From Dimorphilus gyrociliatus (lineage: Eukaryota; Animalia; Annelida): a stretch of 64,000 nucleotides of DNA. Every line of letters begins with the position of its first letter. The stretch's first letter is position 1. The position numbers and the translations under genes were made by a program. This document shows, in pieces, positions 11,525-28,891 of the stretch. The stretch spans positions 248,001-312,000 of the forward strand of contig CAJFCJ010000010.1 in the NCBI GenBank assembly GCA_904063045.1, read 5' to 3'. The notes beneath the pieces are model-generated. The model was not told the DNA's origin. It saw only the letters and a list, made by a program, of their open reading frames with translations, and did not search any database.

Positions 11525-12889
11525 ATGAAGGTTCAAGGAATATTTTTGTTCATTTTCGAAATTTTAATACAAAATACCAAATGTAATGGAAAAGATTCTT
11601 TTTCATATTTATTTTCAAAACCAACTTTTAATAAGACGATAGAAAAGAATCATTTTATTCTTCCTGGTTATATGAAAGAAGTCTATTTGACTGAAAGCAG
11701 GAAATTTCTTCAAGACAATCGTAGAATGGTCATAAATTTTAGAAATGCAGGTATATATTATATTATTTTCCTTTGTTTTTCTTTTTTCTTACTGCGTATT
11801 TTGTATTTCTAGCTAAAGACCAGGATTCTCTACTTTATCAATTTAAGGATATACCAAAACAATTACATTGTATTAATGCTGAATTAAAGCTGTTAAAGAC
11901 TAAAAAGACAACAAATTTTCAATTATATGTTTATATTGTCTTAAAAAACAATATAAAGTAAGTAAAAAAAGTTGATTTTAATTCTTCTTTTCATTTTCAA
12001 CCGTCTATTTAATATCTTATAGAAATTTGGCGAATAAACTGAAAATACCTAAGAATTACGAAGGTTTTATTAATATTAATATTAATTGTAAATTAATTAC
12101 CATGAAGAAAAAAAGAATGGACTTGGCCTTACATGTTAAATTGATTGATTATCAAGGTAACAGCTTTACTAAATCTGTTATATGTATACTTTAATTTAAA
12201 TATTTTCTATAAGGCAGAGATATTAATTTAATTGAAGGTGGCTTTGACCAATTTCAATCCGAGACCTATTTTATATTAACTCTTGAAAAATTTCGACATT
12301 TACATGGGCGTATCGAAAAGGGTTTCATAAGGATTAAAAGACATTCCCCAAAACTTAAAAATCGTGGTAAATTTTCCTTATTCGTATAAATGTCTTTTAA
12401 TATTACTATATTTTATAAAAACAGAAAATCAAGATGATTGTAGACTACATCCTTATTCGGTTAATGTCGATCGTTTAGGATACGGAGTAGGTTTTCCTTA
12501 TCATTTTAAACCGTTAACTACTAAGTCTATATACAAAATTTCCGTTGATTTAGGAAAGGATATTCTTGCCAAAAGTTTTTGAATTTAATTATTGCAAAGG
12601 TCGTTGCGATCACAGAAATTTAAATGGAGAAAATATCGACAATCATGCGCTTATGACTTCTTTATATAAAAATATTAAAGGAAGATCAAAAAGGTTAGTT
12701 TGTGTTATTTCAACATGTTTAATTTCTTTTTTTTTTTTACAAATTTATTCATTTTACAGAAATCCTAAATTATGTTGTGTACCAACTAAAACGGAGCCAT
12801 TAAGTTTGTTGTTCACTGATCACTTCGGTAATATTATATTTGATCAGATTGATAATATGGTAGCAACAGAATGTGGATGCCGGGCGTAA
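11525..12889 (+). CDS. Divergent TGF-beta superfamily ligand (BMP/GDF/Nodal/activin-like; subfamily not assignable by eye)
   Basis: Signal peptide, prodomain and furin site RIKR. Spliced mature domain DDCRLHPYSVNVDRLGYG|ERIFLPKVFEFNYCKGRC...NHALMTSL...|NPKLCCVPTKTEPLSLLF...MVATECGCRA* has the 7-Cys knot pattern. Confidence 0.9.
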
Positions 12890-13122
12890 AATTCTGAAAA
12901 AAAAGCGTTACATAAATAATTTTTTCTTTTTAAATAGAGTTTTTATATATAATACAATAAATAAATAAATAAATATTATTAAATGAATATGTTTAGTTTT
13001 CAAAAGAAAATTTTTCAAATTATAAATATAATATTGTAGATTCTGCTAGAAACATGAATGTTTTGCCTTATTTTCGCATGCGCAAATTTTCGACCAATGA
13101 CAAGCGTCGTTACAACCGGCAT

Positions 13123-13155
13123 TTCTAGAAAATTCGTTAAGTGAACTTTCTAGAA
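13123..13155 (+). promoter_or_regulatory. Two perfect three-unit heat-shock elements upstream of Hsp110
   Basis: TTCtaGAAaaTTC (13123-13135) and GAActTTCtaGAA (13143-13155). Nearby: NRF1-like CGCATGCGCA 13075-13084, CCAAT 13094-13098, CACGTG 13159-13164. Confidence 0.85.
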
Positions 13156-13314
13156 ATTCACGTGTGTATATTAGGGGCGAATTACTCCATTTTTGTTTTT
13201 GACATCAAGTGAATTGACCGGCTCGGTTAATTTTAGGTGTGTTACTCATTATACATATTATCTTTGTTTCATAAAATTTTTAAGACAAAGACGTTCATTT
13301 CAGGCAAGTGTTGA

Positions 13315-16379
<3,065 letters not shown>

Positions 16380-17036
16380 ACGTAATTACTTAGTTAAGTT
16401 GGAGATCTAGTGTAAAAAGGTATGATTGTGATTCTCATTAAGATCATTCTAAGATAGCATTCCATCATTATCATGTCAAAATACTTTTTTTTGCAATGAA
16501 GTCTTTGCGTATTTGTGTCTATTTAAGAGTCAGATCGCATAATGCAACAATTTTTGTGCGTTTTGTATGTGTTCTGATAATATTACTGGTTAAAATACAG
16601 GTATTTTTAATTGCATCATGAATGTATAATAGTTTTTTTTTTTTTAGGAAATTTCGATTTGTAATATTCATTATGTAAAACTTTACGAAAGCCAAAGATA
16701 TCAAGCCTCTTATCTTGAAGATGTAAAAAGTTTGATTTTCTTTTTCCAATACACACTTTTAGCAAAAATTTCTGATAGCAGCAGTTTCTTGCTAGATTGT
16801 AAAATATATTTATCTGAAGAATAGTTTTCAATACACTTTATTATTCTTAATACTGGTTAATGTTTGTTCTATGATACTGTGTTTCCTACTTTCTCTTTAC
16901 AGATTTAAAAATTCAAAGGGTATAAAAATAAACAAATAGAAAAGATTTAATATTTCGTAGTATGTAACAGTGGGCAATTTAACAAGTGTACACATGAATA
17001 TGAGTATAATTAAAAAAAAAACATAAACAGTAAAAT

Positions 17037-19602
17037 TTACAAAAAACAAACGTTTGATTGCCAATTAGGCATTTTATGCGTCCACCTTGCATATCTCCTA
17101 GTCCATTCCCTTGCTATTCTATCAAATTCTGTCTTGTTATCTTCATGCAAACGACTTATTTTAGGTTCCATGGATACGAAACAATACGGATCTGTAAGTA
17201 ACGATTGGACAGATACTAATACCTTGCCAATCGTTAATACGAGACTCCAATTAGGCCATAGGTCAATTCCTACCTCTCCATGTCGGCTTATATTAGGATG
17301 GAATATTTTTGAAATAAATCTCACCCGAGGGGGAACAACTGGATATCTGTTTATTAAAAAAGACAAAGTAAAACAAAGAAAATTAAAAGATGTAAGAGAA
17401 GTGTCATATCAAAGACATACAATAATTTAAAGCCATAAAATTCAACATTAATATAGATTATTTATAGAAATTTTTTTACAATCCACTTATGATATACTTT
17501 TATGAAGGTTGTATTTATGTGAAACCCATTCTAGTTATACTTTTCCGTTCGTTACTTTTTTCAATTTACCGAAGTGCCAATTTACAGAGCTGCGTTTATC
17601 AATCACAAAAAAAGCATCCAGCTTCCTTATCATCTTATATACAAATGTTAAAAATATTAATATTACTACTACAAGTACTAAATTGTCATTTATGTGCTTC
17701 AATTTCATATTGATTTATTACCCTATCATCTCTTACAGAACAGGTAAGTTTTATCTCTTCTAAATATTGTACGTATTGTATTAAAATAGAATTTTGCTTA
17801 CTCGAATCCAACTTTTAAATGCAGGTAAAAAACACCTCCTTCGTAAACACTACCATCAGGGCCATTGATTGTTGCTTGCCAATGACACATATTTTCGTCT
17901 AAAGGCACAGCTCTAATTCCTTCAGGGGGCTCTTCATCTAACATTTTCCTTTCAGTCATAAGACGCTTAGATCTCCACATTAATTGTTTTTTATCCGTAG
18001 ATTCTTTTCGACGAACACGCATCTCTTTTAAACATAATACACAAGTTGATGATTTTAACCTGTTAAAAAAATTGTTAATTTTATTACTTATTTCCTTATT
18101 AAAAAAGAAGCCATGATTTCAATTAGCTTCTGGATTATCCAAAAAGTATTAATGCTCAAAGAATAATAGCGAAAGTAATTTGAGTTTTTTGAACTGATTT
18201 AAACATTTTTTTAAGATAGTTTACTTACAAGCAACTAAACATAATTTTCCAATCGGAAATCTTATAAGCAGCGCAAAAAATGGGCCAATAACTTCTAACG
18301 GCTGCTTGCCAATAAGTCTCTGGTGTAATTCGATCGATTACGGTTTGCCAAAGGGAGCATGTAGATCGAGCTCGAAGTAACGAGACGGCATCGCTGTTAA
18401 CGAACTTAAGTATTTTTGATAGAACTGCAAATATAAAACAAAAAGATATGATTATAATATTTATAAAAGATTTATCATAAATAAATTATCATAAATAGTC
18501 AGGTTGATAAATTAGAAATAAAATTAAAGAGCATTAAATATTTTAAGAACTATAACGAACCTTCATTCGGAAGATAACTAATTAAATTATCCTTATTGGC
18601 GTTCCACTTATGATAAGTAGAATATCGAGATAAGTGATCACATCTTGCTTGTAAAGGTGTCTGAACAAAATGTAAATCTCGTTTCGCTTCCGCGTATTCG
18701 CAATCGTAAAGAACTTCGGCGGAACCATTCAAAGCGGCACTTTCTAGTTTTGCTGTATAAAAATCTTCAGCTGCTTTAGGCTCTTCATTTCCGGAATCAC
18801 CAGAATCTGATTTCTACAATAAGGAAAAATTCAATTATATTTACACTATAAAAATACTCATTGAAGAAGAATTAAGCGAATATCGCACTGAATGCACTCG
18901 TATTTATATATAGGATACTTTATGATATGTATATTTAATTTAAAATTAACAGTTTCCTTTTTCTTTCAGTATGTCTATACTGTATGTAGTATAAATACAT
19001 AGAGATCAATCTCTGATCGCAATACTTATTACATAATTTTTTTAACTTGTATCTCACACTACTTAGATAGGTATTATTTGAAGAAAATTCCCTAAATAAT
19101 GATAATCACTTGTTAATTAGATTTCTTAGTTAACACCCAATTACTAAGGAGTTTTTTTTATTAAAAAAATGATATACTTCTCTTTGAAAATCCTCTAGAA
19201 GGTCTTCGTTATTGTATAAAAAGTAATGACAAGTACTGCAAACCGGCTGACCGTAATTGTTACCATAAAATCCGTCGCAAGTTCCGCATGTCGTCAGCTG
19301 TGTCAATATTGAGCAATATATTCGACGTTTAAAAGCTAATTGGCAGATAATTATTGTTTATGATTGAAATAGTTTGTGTTAAACTTAACAAAACAACTAA
19401 GTATATCGACAATGTTCAATAAACGAAGAATTTAGCAAATTTTTACAAATAAAAATAATAGTTTCACTGATCGATAATATAAGGTTTATACTTGATGCGA
19501 ATTACAGGAGAAATCGACATAAAGCTTTAGAAAAATTTTATTACTAACCTTCAGGGTGTTATCTATGTTTGAAATGTCGCATGGCTTCATTTCTTCAGAC
19601 AT
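17037..19602 (-). CDS. morgue: Morgue-type protein: Zn-binding motif, F-box and E2-variant (UEV) domain with Gly in place of the catalytic Cys; 6 exons
   Basis: Exons about 19549-19602, 19178-19297, 18561-18813, 18229-18424, 17800-18059 and 17037-17344 splice in frame. Motifs CGTCDGFYGNNYGQPVCSTCH, LPNEVLSKILKFV...STCSLWQTVI and HPNISRHGEVGIDLW. First exon/start is least certain. Confidence 0.85.
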
Positions 19603-20174
19603 ATTTCAAGGGTTGACATATCGACTATATAGAGTGTCTATCACTTCTCTGAATGCAAGTCTTCAAATCGGTGCTACTAGATGGTACTGAGTACTGGGAC
19701 CTTCAAAGAAGTACTGGATAATTGTTTACCATTTTTGCTTTCAGTTACTTATAATTTACAAGAAACCATGAGTACTATCTTTGCTATAAGTTAAATGGAG
19801 CACTAGTCTCTAAATTTTGAAAAGTACTTGCATATTTAAGAAGATGTTATAATAATAGCATAAAGCTACAAAAGTACCGTTTACAGAATATAATCATCCA
19901 TTGTTATTTAACAACAATTACAGTATTCCCTCCAAACTTCGGATTTTGATTCTGCTAATAGGAATTATTTGAATTTTTCTGGACGATATCTCAAAAAAAG
20001 TTTCATGATTTTCTAAGACAATAAAAGTTCAAATAGGTTAATTAACATAAATGAGAAAAGCTTTAACGATTGCATCCAGAGTATAGTAGGAACGATAAAT
20101 CATCAATCAAAATAGTATCCACTTCGAACGCAGTGACCAAGATTCCAGTATTCTTAACGTTTGAGCGTCGAAAA

Positions 20175-23100
20175 ATGATCGACGAAAAACGGGAGGAATT
20201 ATATACACAACGCCTTAAAGAACCCCTATCATGGCTTGACTTTCTTTTTGATCATAAACTCCTTGAAGAGCATTTAAAGCAACCAAATCCTAGTCTGTGT
20301 TATATATTTATTGAACGATAATAGGTTACTTGGATTTTTTTTTCAGTACCTTCGGCATTCGATTTAATAAGGGATTTCCTATACCAAGCCGATCTTGTAA
20401 CAAAAGACAGAGATGGCAGAAATAGTCCAAGTCTCCCAGGTAGGAAAATACGTGATTAAACCCTACTTCTTATAACTTTCTTTACAGGTAGAGAAAATAG
20501 AAAAGCAAAAGCGCTTAAAATATTAGCCCTTAAAACCTCAGCTTTTCTCAAATGGGACGCAGGGCTCTTAAACAAGAAGTAAGCCATTTTCCTACTTATG
20601 TTTTATTTTTAATGCTATTTATTTATTTATATAAACTCAGATTACCAGTAGCTGTCGTTTACAAAGTATTGATGGAATTACTACAAGTTGCTTCAGGCAA
20701 TATTATTTCGAATCCATTTAATCAAAGAGAATTTTCAAATCAACCCCCTTATGTAAATTTTGCTGTAATTCTTTACCACGTGTGGTAAGTTACTTTACTA
20801 AATTTTTAAAAAGAAATATTAACACATTAATCTGAAATCGTATAAAGTTATCGTTATTTAGCATAAGTAGTTATTTTATTTCTTTTTTATTTTTACAGGG
20901 CGGTGAGATATATAATTAAGGAAAGCTTTATAACGAAGCCAAATCGTGCACCAAGTTTGCAATTGTAAGATTTCACGATAACTCATTAACTTACATCTTT
21001 GTAAACAAAAAAATGTGTCTTCTTTTTAGGCCTGGATTAATAGATACTACCACGGCCTTCTTGGTTTTAAGGGAGGAAGTATTCAACGCGGTTCGTGATT
21101 AGTCAAAGAAAAGAAAATTTCTTGCTTTTATAAAATACATATATTTCCCAGATTAAAGATGGCTTGGAACAATCAGTAGAGATTCTAGAATCGGCTTTAA
21201 AACATAATAGTATAGTTACTATGCCTACTGTGGAATGTTTACAAATGTTCACTGAAGACATTGGCATGGTCGCACATGATTGGACTCTTGGTGAGGAAAT
21301 TGCCTGTGAAGAGATGCACTGTCAAGTTCGTTTCTTATTACCTCACAATATCCAATTAATTTAAACCTTTCAGATATCCTACGATCTAGGAAGTTTCTAT
21401 TTTTTACATCAACAATGTGATAAGGCCTTTCAATGTTTTACTCAATGCACATCATTATTGAAAAAAGTAAGATCAAATATCTAGTTTTCTATTACAATCA
21501 AAAATTATAATATTTTGAAAGCTATTATATAATTCTTTTCTCTTTTCAGCTCCATAAAAAATCTTTTCTATCAATAAATGAGAAAAAATTAGCAGGCTAT
21601 ATGTTTGCATTGGAATATATTTGTTGTAAGCGAGTATCAGATGAGACATTTGGCTTAACAGTTCAACAATGTAAATCAAATAATTTTCATGGCTTAATTT
21701 CAAATTTGATGGAAGACAATAGAACTCATCAATTATCAATATCGGAAAGACTAAGCATTGAGCTAGACGTAAAATATTCGGAAAAAAGTCAATTAGATGC
21801 AGAAAATATATATGAAGATGTTATTGCGTGCAACATGATTCGCCTGTCGCAAGAAAAAATATTATTGCCTCATCATTACCTCGATATGATGCAAAATAAC
21901 TCAACTTTTCTCTCCTCTTTCTTCAAAGTACAATTATTTCTTTTAGTCTATTAAAAAAATTATTCAGATATAGTCAATTTTTACTAACTTTGTTGTTTTC
22001 AATAGTTTATGGAAGATATTCTATCAGAGAGTACAATTAGGGGGCTAGAAGGAATAAAGAGTTTAATCAAGTAGTTATTCAATACTATTTCATTGCTTTA
22101 CAGACTTTTTGAGAAAATTGACACTTAAATTTTGACTTAAAAATTTCAGATACCTGTGCCGACATGTTGAAAATAAACAAGACATTCAAGATAAATTGAA
22201 AGGTAATGCATTTGATATTTATCCAACTTTCGAATGATAATATTCTTCATGACTTATGTGTATGTGTATATATTATAAAGGAAATAAAACAGTTTTAAAA
22301 CATTTTAATGAAGAAGAGAAACAATGTCTTTTTGAGAAACAAATACCTATTGATTGGAAAAAAATTGAAAACGAAAGAACCATTGGTAATATAGTTTTTT
22401 GAAGACATGAACAAGAGCTAAAGTTATCTTTTTTTACTTCTTAGATATAAGAAATAACTGCGATACAGCGAAACTGGAACAACTACTCTTAAGCAACAAT
22501 GATGCTAATACTATAAAGGAATTAGTCAGCGTCCTTCTGAAGGCTATAGGAAGAAGTAAATTAATTCATCTAACAGATAAGGTTTTATTTGATGTTTATT
22601 AATTTTTATATATATTTGCTATTAAATAATCTTGTTATTTAAAATAATCCTAATTAAAATACGTAATCATTTTCTCTGAACATTCTATATTTAGAATAAA
22701 AATAGAACAAGATATTTTCTTCTCTCTATCATTACACTTTATAGTTTAAAAAAGTTTATTCTAAATCATAGTTAATATACTTTACTTCTAACAGTTTTGG
22801 TTACCTAGCAACCAACACAGAATAGTCGAAAACGTAAAAGATGGAGAAAAATTAGTTGCTCAGATTTATATGGCCAAATCTCGGATTGCGTTTCATTTGA
22901 AAGTAAGAAAATATCTAATTGTATTTCAACAATACTTCAATCATATTTGCTAATTCTCTTACTTATAGCTTTACGATTGTGCAAGAAAATTAAAGATGGA
23001 CGTTGCATCAATGATATCTGCTCAATTGCACAAAAGACTAGACAGGGTTTTGAAGGGTGACATGCAACTTATAAATCTTCTGCAATACGAAGCTTTTGAG

Positions 23101-25885
23101 ACTCTTCCTCCCAAAGGGCAAACTATTGTCGTCCTTTTAACATGGTCAAGATCTACTTTGAACAGTCTTGTTGGAATGCCACCGGATACCCGTAATAAAA
23201 TTTTTAAATACGTATATATAGCAATATCATAAAACATCATATTGGACAAACAGCTGATAAACCCCCTGTTGAAGTTATAGAAGCTTGTGTTATGCTATTA
23301 ATCAACAGAAGTGATTGGCAAGTTCTGTGTCAATTAAAAACTAATTCACCAGTTGTTGAAGTGAGTACTTAATCTTTTAGCTTCCTGTCTAATATTACGT
23401 CAACACACGTGCTCATAAAACATTTATTTATCATAAACTTCGAAATATATTTTTCCAGTTTGCTAGATATATTGCTGAATTCTGCAATCAACTACTAATA
23501 AACAATCCGCAAAGTAGTCGTCATGCTGCAAGGGAACTGTTTGATCAAATTATTTTAATTTTTACAAGAAGCCCTAATCCAAAGAGACCAACTGGAATGT
23601 GTGAATCTCTTGGTTTGTTAAGCCAACAAGGTTATAAGGAATTTGTAAGTCGTCTACGAGAAGAACAAGTCATTAGCATATTGGTTTCATCAATAACCAA
23701 ACTATATTCACATCTAAAGGTAAGGCTAACTCTTGATATTATACCATATATTAATAGTTCACTTAGGAAAAAAGTAAAATATCCTAAACTAGATGGCGTT
23801 GTCAGTCAAAAAAAATTACTTATGAGCTTGCTGTTAATTTTTTTTAAATGTTGTCTTTTTATCAAAACGACTAATTGCGCGACGTTTTATTAAAATAGCA
23901 ACGTGTACATTCCATCATGTATATAGCACGCTATTTTAATTAGTCCCATTGTAAGATATCACGTAAATCTTAATTTTAATAATAGTTCAAGTTAAATATA
24001 TAAGAGATGTAATAGTAGCTCGTGTATTCTTCCCAATTATTCTTCTTTTAAATATTTTCTTTGGAAAATGTGTTAGAATTAATTGAAGTTTCACGATTTG
24101 CAAAGGAAATCAGCGAAAATTGTAAATAATGTTTATAATAGTAGGCTAAAAGTAACCTTGTCCACAAAACAGTAGCGATGGCTGTTAATTATGCTTAATT
24201 GGTTACAACATATTTCCAATTTACGCTGTCGAACCAAGCTTGTTTCTTGTCAACATACTCGTATTCACATCTACTCTGTCTTTTTTTGCAAATAGAGCAA
24301 TTTACTAAGTGTTCACATATTGTTTAAATTTGGATATGGAGATATCGACATTCTAGAGGTTTAACTTAATACAATTACATTGTTCTTGGCAATACTCGCA
24401 AATCTACCAAATTCATTTATCTCTATTTTAAAGATAAAAATATTAAGAGATAAAAACGTCTGGTTTAAATTATTTGAAACGTGTTTTCCATTAGAATGAA
24501 ATTACGACAGAAGTGCGAAGTGAACATGAATCGTGGTTGCCAAGTGCTTTGGGAAGGTAATTAATTATATTTCGTGTACAAATTTTTATGTAGATATACA
24601 AATAAAAGTTATATTTTTTAATGCTCTCCTTATTATCCAATATTCACAGCTCAACGAACATTTGTCACGAAGCCGTTCAAGAAGCCGTTTATGCCACATT
24701 CGAGAGAGCCTTTAAAATAGATCCAAATCATCCGGAGTGGCTTCGAACCTATGGCGATCTTTGTTTAGGTAATTGAAAAGCCGTTGCAATTTTCGTTTCT
24801 TTAGTTTAATATAACTAATTGCTTTTTTCAATTTACGATAATAGATAAAAAATATTTTTTCCTTTTATACAAAAAACGTTTCCATTTATTGCTATGAAAG
24901 TGAAAAATAATTATAGGGTAATCAGAGTAGCCTAACGCAACAAAAATATCCAATTAGTTTCTTATGTCAAACTTAAATGGACACGGGATAGTTACATACT
25001 AAGTAACTAATTGCTGACTGTTCTTTGTAGCACAAAATCATTGGACGGAAGCCTTTAGAAATTATCTCCTACTTGGTATCAGTACTTCTCGAGGATTTAA
25101 TGACATACCACCTAGAAAATACTACGACGATGAGGTATATAATATTCTGCTTAAGTATTTTTACAATCTATTCCTCCAAATGAAACTCTTTTGTTGGAAA
25201 ACGTTTTAGACTTATATAAAACTAGAAAATAGTACGTAAGAAAATGTAAAAGTATAATATTAGCCACTTGATATAACTGTAAAAGTCTATCTAAAATAAT
25301 AAAAAGTAATCCGCAAAAATGAGAGAAAGTAAAGATTATAAAAAAAGAAGCCTTATATATTTTTCATGTTTTTCTACTGATCTGAACATTCATTACCAAC
25401 CAACACTAATTATAGCTTAATTTTCAATTAAAGATAATTAGTTGAGATTGACCCAAAGTGAAACTCACTTTCTCTAAGCATTTATTGTATTTTAGGAAGG
25501 AGCGTCTTTATAACAAATTTTATTTTTTTTACAGACTTATAGGAGGATGATAAAATGCTGTACATATATGAAGTGTTTCACCCAAGTTACCATCCTTTCT
25601 CAAATGTTGGATTCAGTGGATTATTCGACGGCATTGAAAGCCATACAAGAGCGCCAGTCTTATGACGCCCAAGACGCATTATACAAGTTCATATGGGATA
25701 CAACAATACTTGAGTATATTATCTATACCCATGATAAAAGATTTGAAAGTTCAAGAAAGAAACTAAGCATGAAATGTTGCGGTATATCTGAATTGAACAG
25801 CTCCAATCCACAAGAAATTTTAAGAGACGCGTCAAAGCAGAGACAAATGCAATTTTTTCAGGCAATTGTTAGACGTTACTTTTGA
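20175..25885 (+). CDS. INTS8: Integrator complex subunit 8, many short introns
   Basis: N-terminal LSWLDFLFDHKLLEEHLKQPNP, KILALKTSAFLKWD...LPVAVVYKVLMELL. C-terminal QMLDSVDYSTALKAIQERQSYDAQDALYKFIWDTTILEY...ELNSSNPQEIL...FFQAIVRRYF*. Confidence 0.93.
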
Positions 25886-26701
25886 TATACATTTTTTTTT
25901 TATTAAAACAAACACAAACAAAAATTATTCTACATAAAAAATTGACATTTTTTTTTCTTGGTTAAATAAATGTTCAAAAATATCTTGTTGTAAAGAAAAG
26001 AAGATAAAAGAAACTAGTCTAATCAATAATATCAAATGCTAGGCAAGATTGAAAAAAATTCTAACTTCAATTATGCGTAGTAATTTAGATTTAATAGTTT
26101 GGGTGAGAGCAAAGCAAGTTGGTATGCAAAATAGTATTTTTATTTCAAGGTCATCGTGTAATAGTCACGTTTGCAATTCGTTCAGGATAAAGTGAGTATC
26201 TCTATTCCTTATGTTTAGCAAAGGAGATATTTAGATATCGTCAACTAGAAATTATCATCTGAATTAAGAGTTCTATTTGTACAAACGCTTTTATAAGTTT
26301 CTTGAATATTTACGACGTTTTATTTAGTTGATATGGAAACGGAATTAAAGTTTTAAGAGAAATGCAAATTTCCCATAGGATTTCGGGAATTAAAAAGCTA
26401 TAAAAAGAAACAATTGGATTTGAAGTATTAATTTCTCTATCCTATTTCGTTATAAATCGAGATTACTGCCAATAAAATCTATGTTTAATATTAACTATAT
26501 CTTTAATTTTACCCACTACAATTAATAAGGTTATACTGTAATATAATATAAATAAGTTGATAATTAAGGCCGATAAAAGTAATTAAAGGAGGCGAAATAA
26601 TTCTTTATTAAATACGCTTAACTAGCAATTGAGTTAATTGTTTAAATACATTGACGAATGTTATTATTTACATAGTTTTTTATGAACAGCTGCTATTTGA
26701 A

Positions 26702-26760
26702 AAAATGGCTGCCGCTTTGTTGGTTTTTCGCCACCTAGCGGATGATCGTGGTCACGTGAC
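26702..26760. promoter_or_regulatory. GC-rich promoter-like island: YY1-like, CTCF-like and E-box motifs
   Basis: AAAATGGCTGCC (26702-26713), CGCCACCTAGCGG (26729-26741), GTCACGTGAC palindrome (26751-26760), all within 60 bp in otherwise very AT-rich DNA. Confidence 0.55.
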
Positions 26761-28891
26761 TAGTTGTTTACGCTGCTGGCGCACATAATGCTAGCCGTCC
26801 TGGTGCAAGTCGTATAAAAAATAATATTCGGTTAATTTCTTTCCAACGAATATTTCTCAATTTGGATTAAACTTATGGTTTGTTGTTTGAATTTGTCTAC
26901 CGCCAAAATTCAATGTAAGAACTAGCGATTAGTTGTGGAATGTGTTTTTTTTAAAGCCTACACACATATATATATATATTCCATGATATATCGTATATAT
27001 GATACGATATATAATAGATATGTTTGAATATATTTTAAGAAATATTTAGTCATATCCTTTCGATTAGCCGATTGCGTTAAGGGTACGGAGAAATGGTAGC
27101 GATCGGTAGGCGTTGTTTTTCCTTTTTACCTTTCTATTCGATGAATACTAAGGTTTCCTTTAAAACAACGTCAAGAATTATAAATTAGAATGCAATTTAT
27201 TTCAATTCGTTCAATTGAACTTGCACCTCCATTGAGGCCAATTATAACGCAAGTACTACGTGTTTACTGTCCTATTCTTTGAAAAGAATAAGTTAATGCG
27301 CATGCGTACAATTTGCTATGGATATTTTGTCCCGTTTTATTATTAATCGACTGGAAATAGAAGGAGTAAAACTTTCGAAATTGAATAATATCAATATGTT
27401 AAAAATAAGTAGTAATATTTAGTAGAAACTACAAAGAATACGCTCTTATGCAAAAGTTGTTCCAAAAACTGTAAATGAAAAGTGGTGTCCTTATTTTGAG
27501 AATGGAAGTTATAGTACTAATTATAGTATTATAACACGAGATATAACTACACGTTTTAGAATATTTATCTAAGAAGAAATAACTTAATTGATGGTCTTTA
27601 TACTTCGAGTACATAACACTGTTATTTATTTATTCTATGTCTCTCTTTCTCTCTCTCCATCCTCCCTCCCCCCAATCCTCTCTATATTTATATATATATT
27701 CCTCTGTTTTTCTCTGGACCTCTTTCCAAATTTGCAGGTTCGTGAACTTTCTCTTCAATTGAGACACATGCGCAGAAGTTGTAGGAAATAATTCTCATGG
27801 ATTTTTTTCTGCCTATATCTCCTCAGCAGTTTTGCAGAAAATAAACAAACACACCACGGAGAATTTGTATTATTGACTGTTTTTTTCGCCTAAACTCCTT
27901 AGTTTTTTTTTTAAAAAAAAAACCTATATTAAACGTGGTCCTTGCACCAAAAACAATATTATTAGCGGTTGAGTGAATATTAATGAGAAATTTTTGCTTC
28001 TTAAATAGAAAACCTAGGGCAAATACGCTCTTTTAACGTATAAAAAGAGTTGGAAAGCAAAGTAATGTTAAAAGAGTTGATCGTAAATATAATGAATTTT
28101 ATCAATCGCTTACACGACAATATTTAATTGATTTATTAACTGACACGTGACGACGCAACGTTTCAAATGATAAGATAAGGTATAAGGTTTTGTTGTACGA
28201 GTAGGGAGGCTAAGTGAAATTCTCGGTATTTTACTAATATTTCATATCACTACTTGTGCATGTGTATTAAAATACACTATGTTTATTGGACTAAAAGAAC
28301 GAAATTCTACCATCTATTTATATAAAATGTGTAGAGGTAGAAAGAAAATGTACTAATTTTAAATATTGACAAAAGTCGCCAACCAGACAATAAAATTAGA
28401 AGTTGATCAAATGTCTCTTTTTAGAAATAATAGAAGAGAGCTAAAATTCATTTGTTTCATCTTATCTAACAAATTTTAATTGAGTGGGGAAATTAGAAGT
28501 CAACGATAGTAAAGGCCTAATATGGTTATTTCATACATTTTTGATATAAAGGTGAATGGAGAAATTGTCAGAGGAAAGTTTTATATGAATTATAATCAAT
28601 AATGATAACTTATAGAAAGTATGATTAAAATATGATAAATTTATCGCATTTGCTTAAATATAAAAAATTCTGTTGTAAGACATCTGTGCAGTTTTCATCA
28701 TAACAGTTTATATAAATAAAATATGAGTTAACATAAAGGGATTGGTCACAGTAACATTTAACAATTATGTATTTAAATATGATCGCATCTTCATACTTAA
28801 TTATATAATTTTTTCGTTTAGGAGGTGTAATTCCAATGGAATATGCTTGAGGAGTAAGAGTTGGAGAGAGAAAATATTTTCTTTTTACAAG

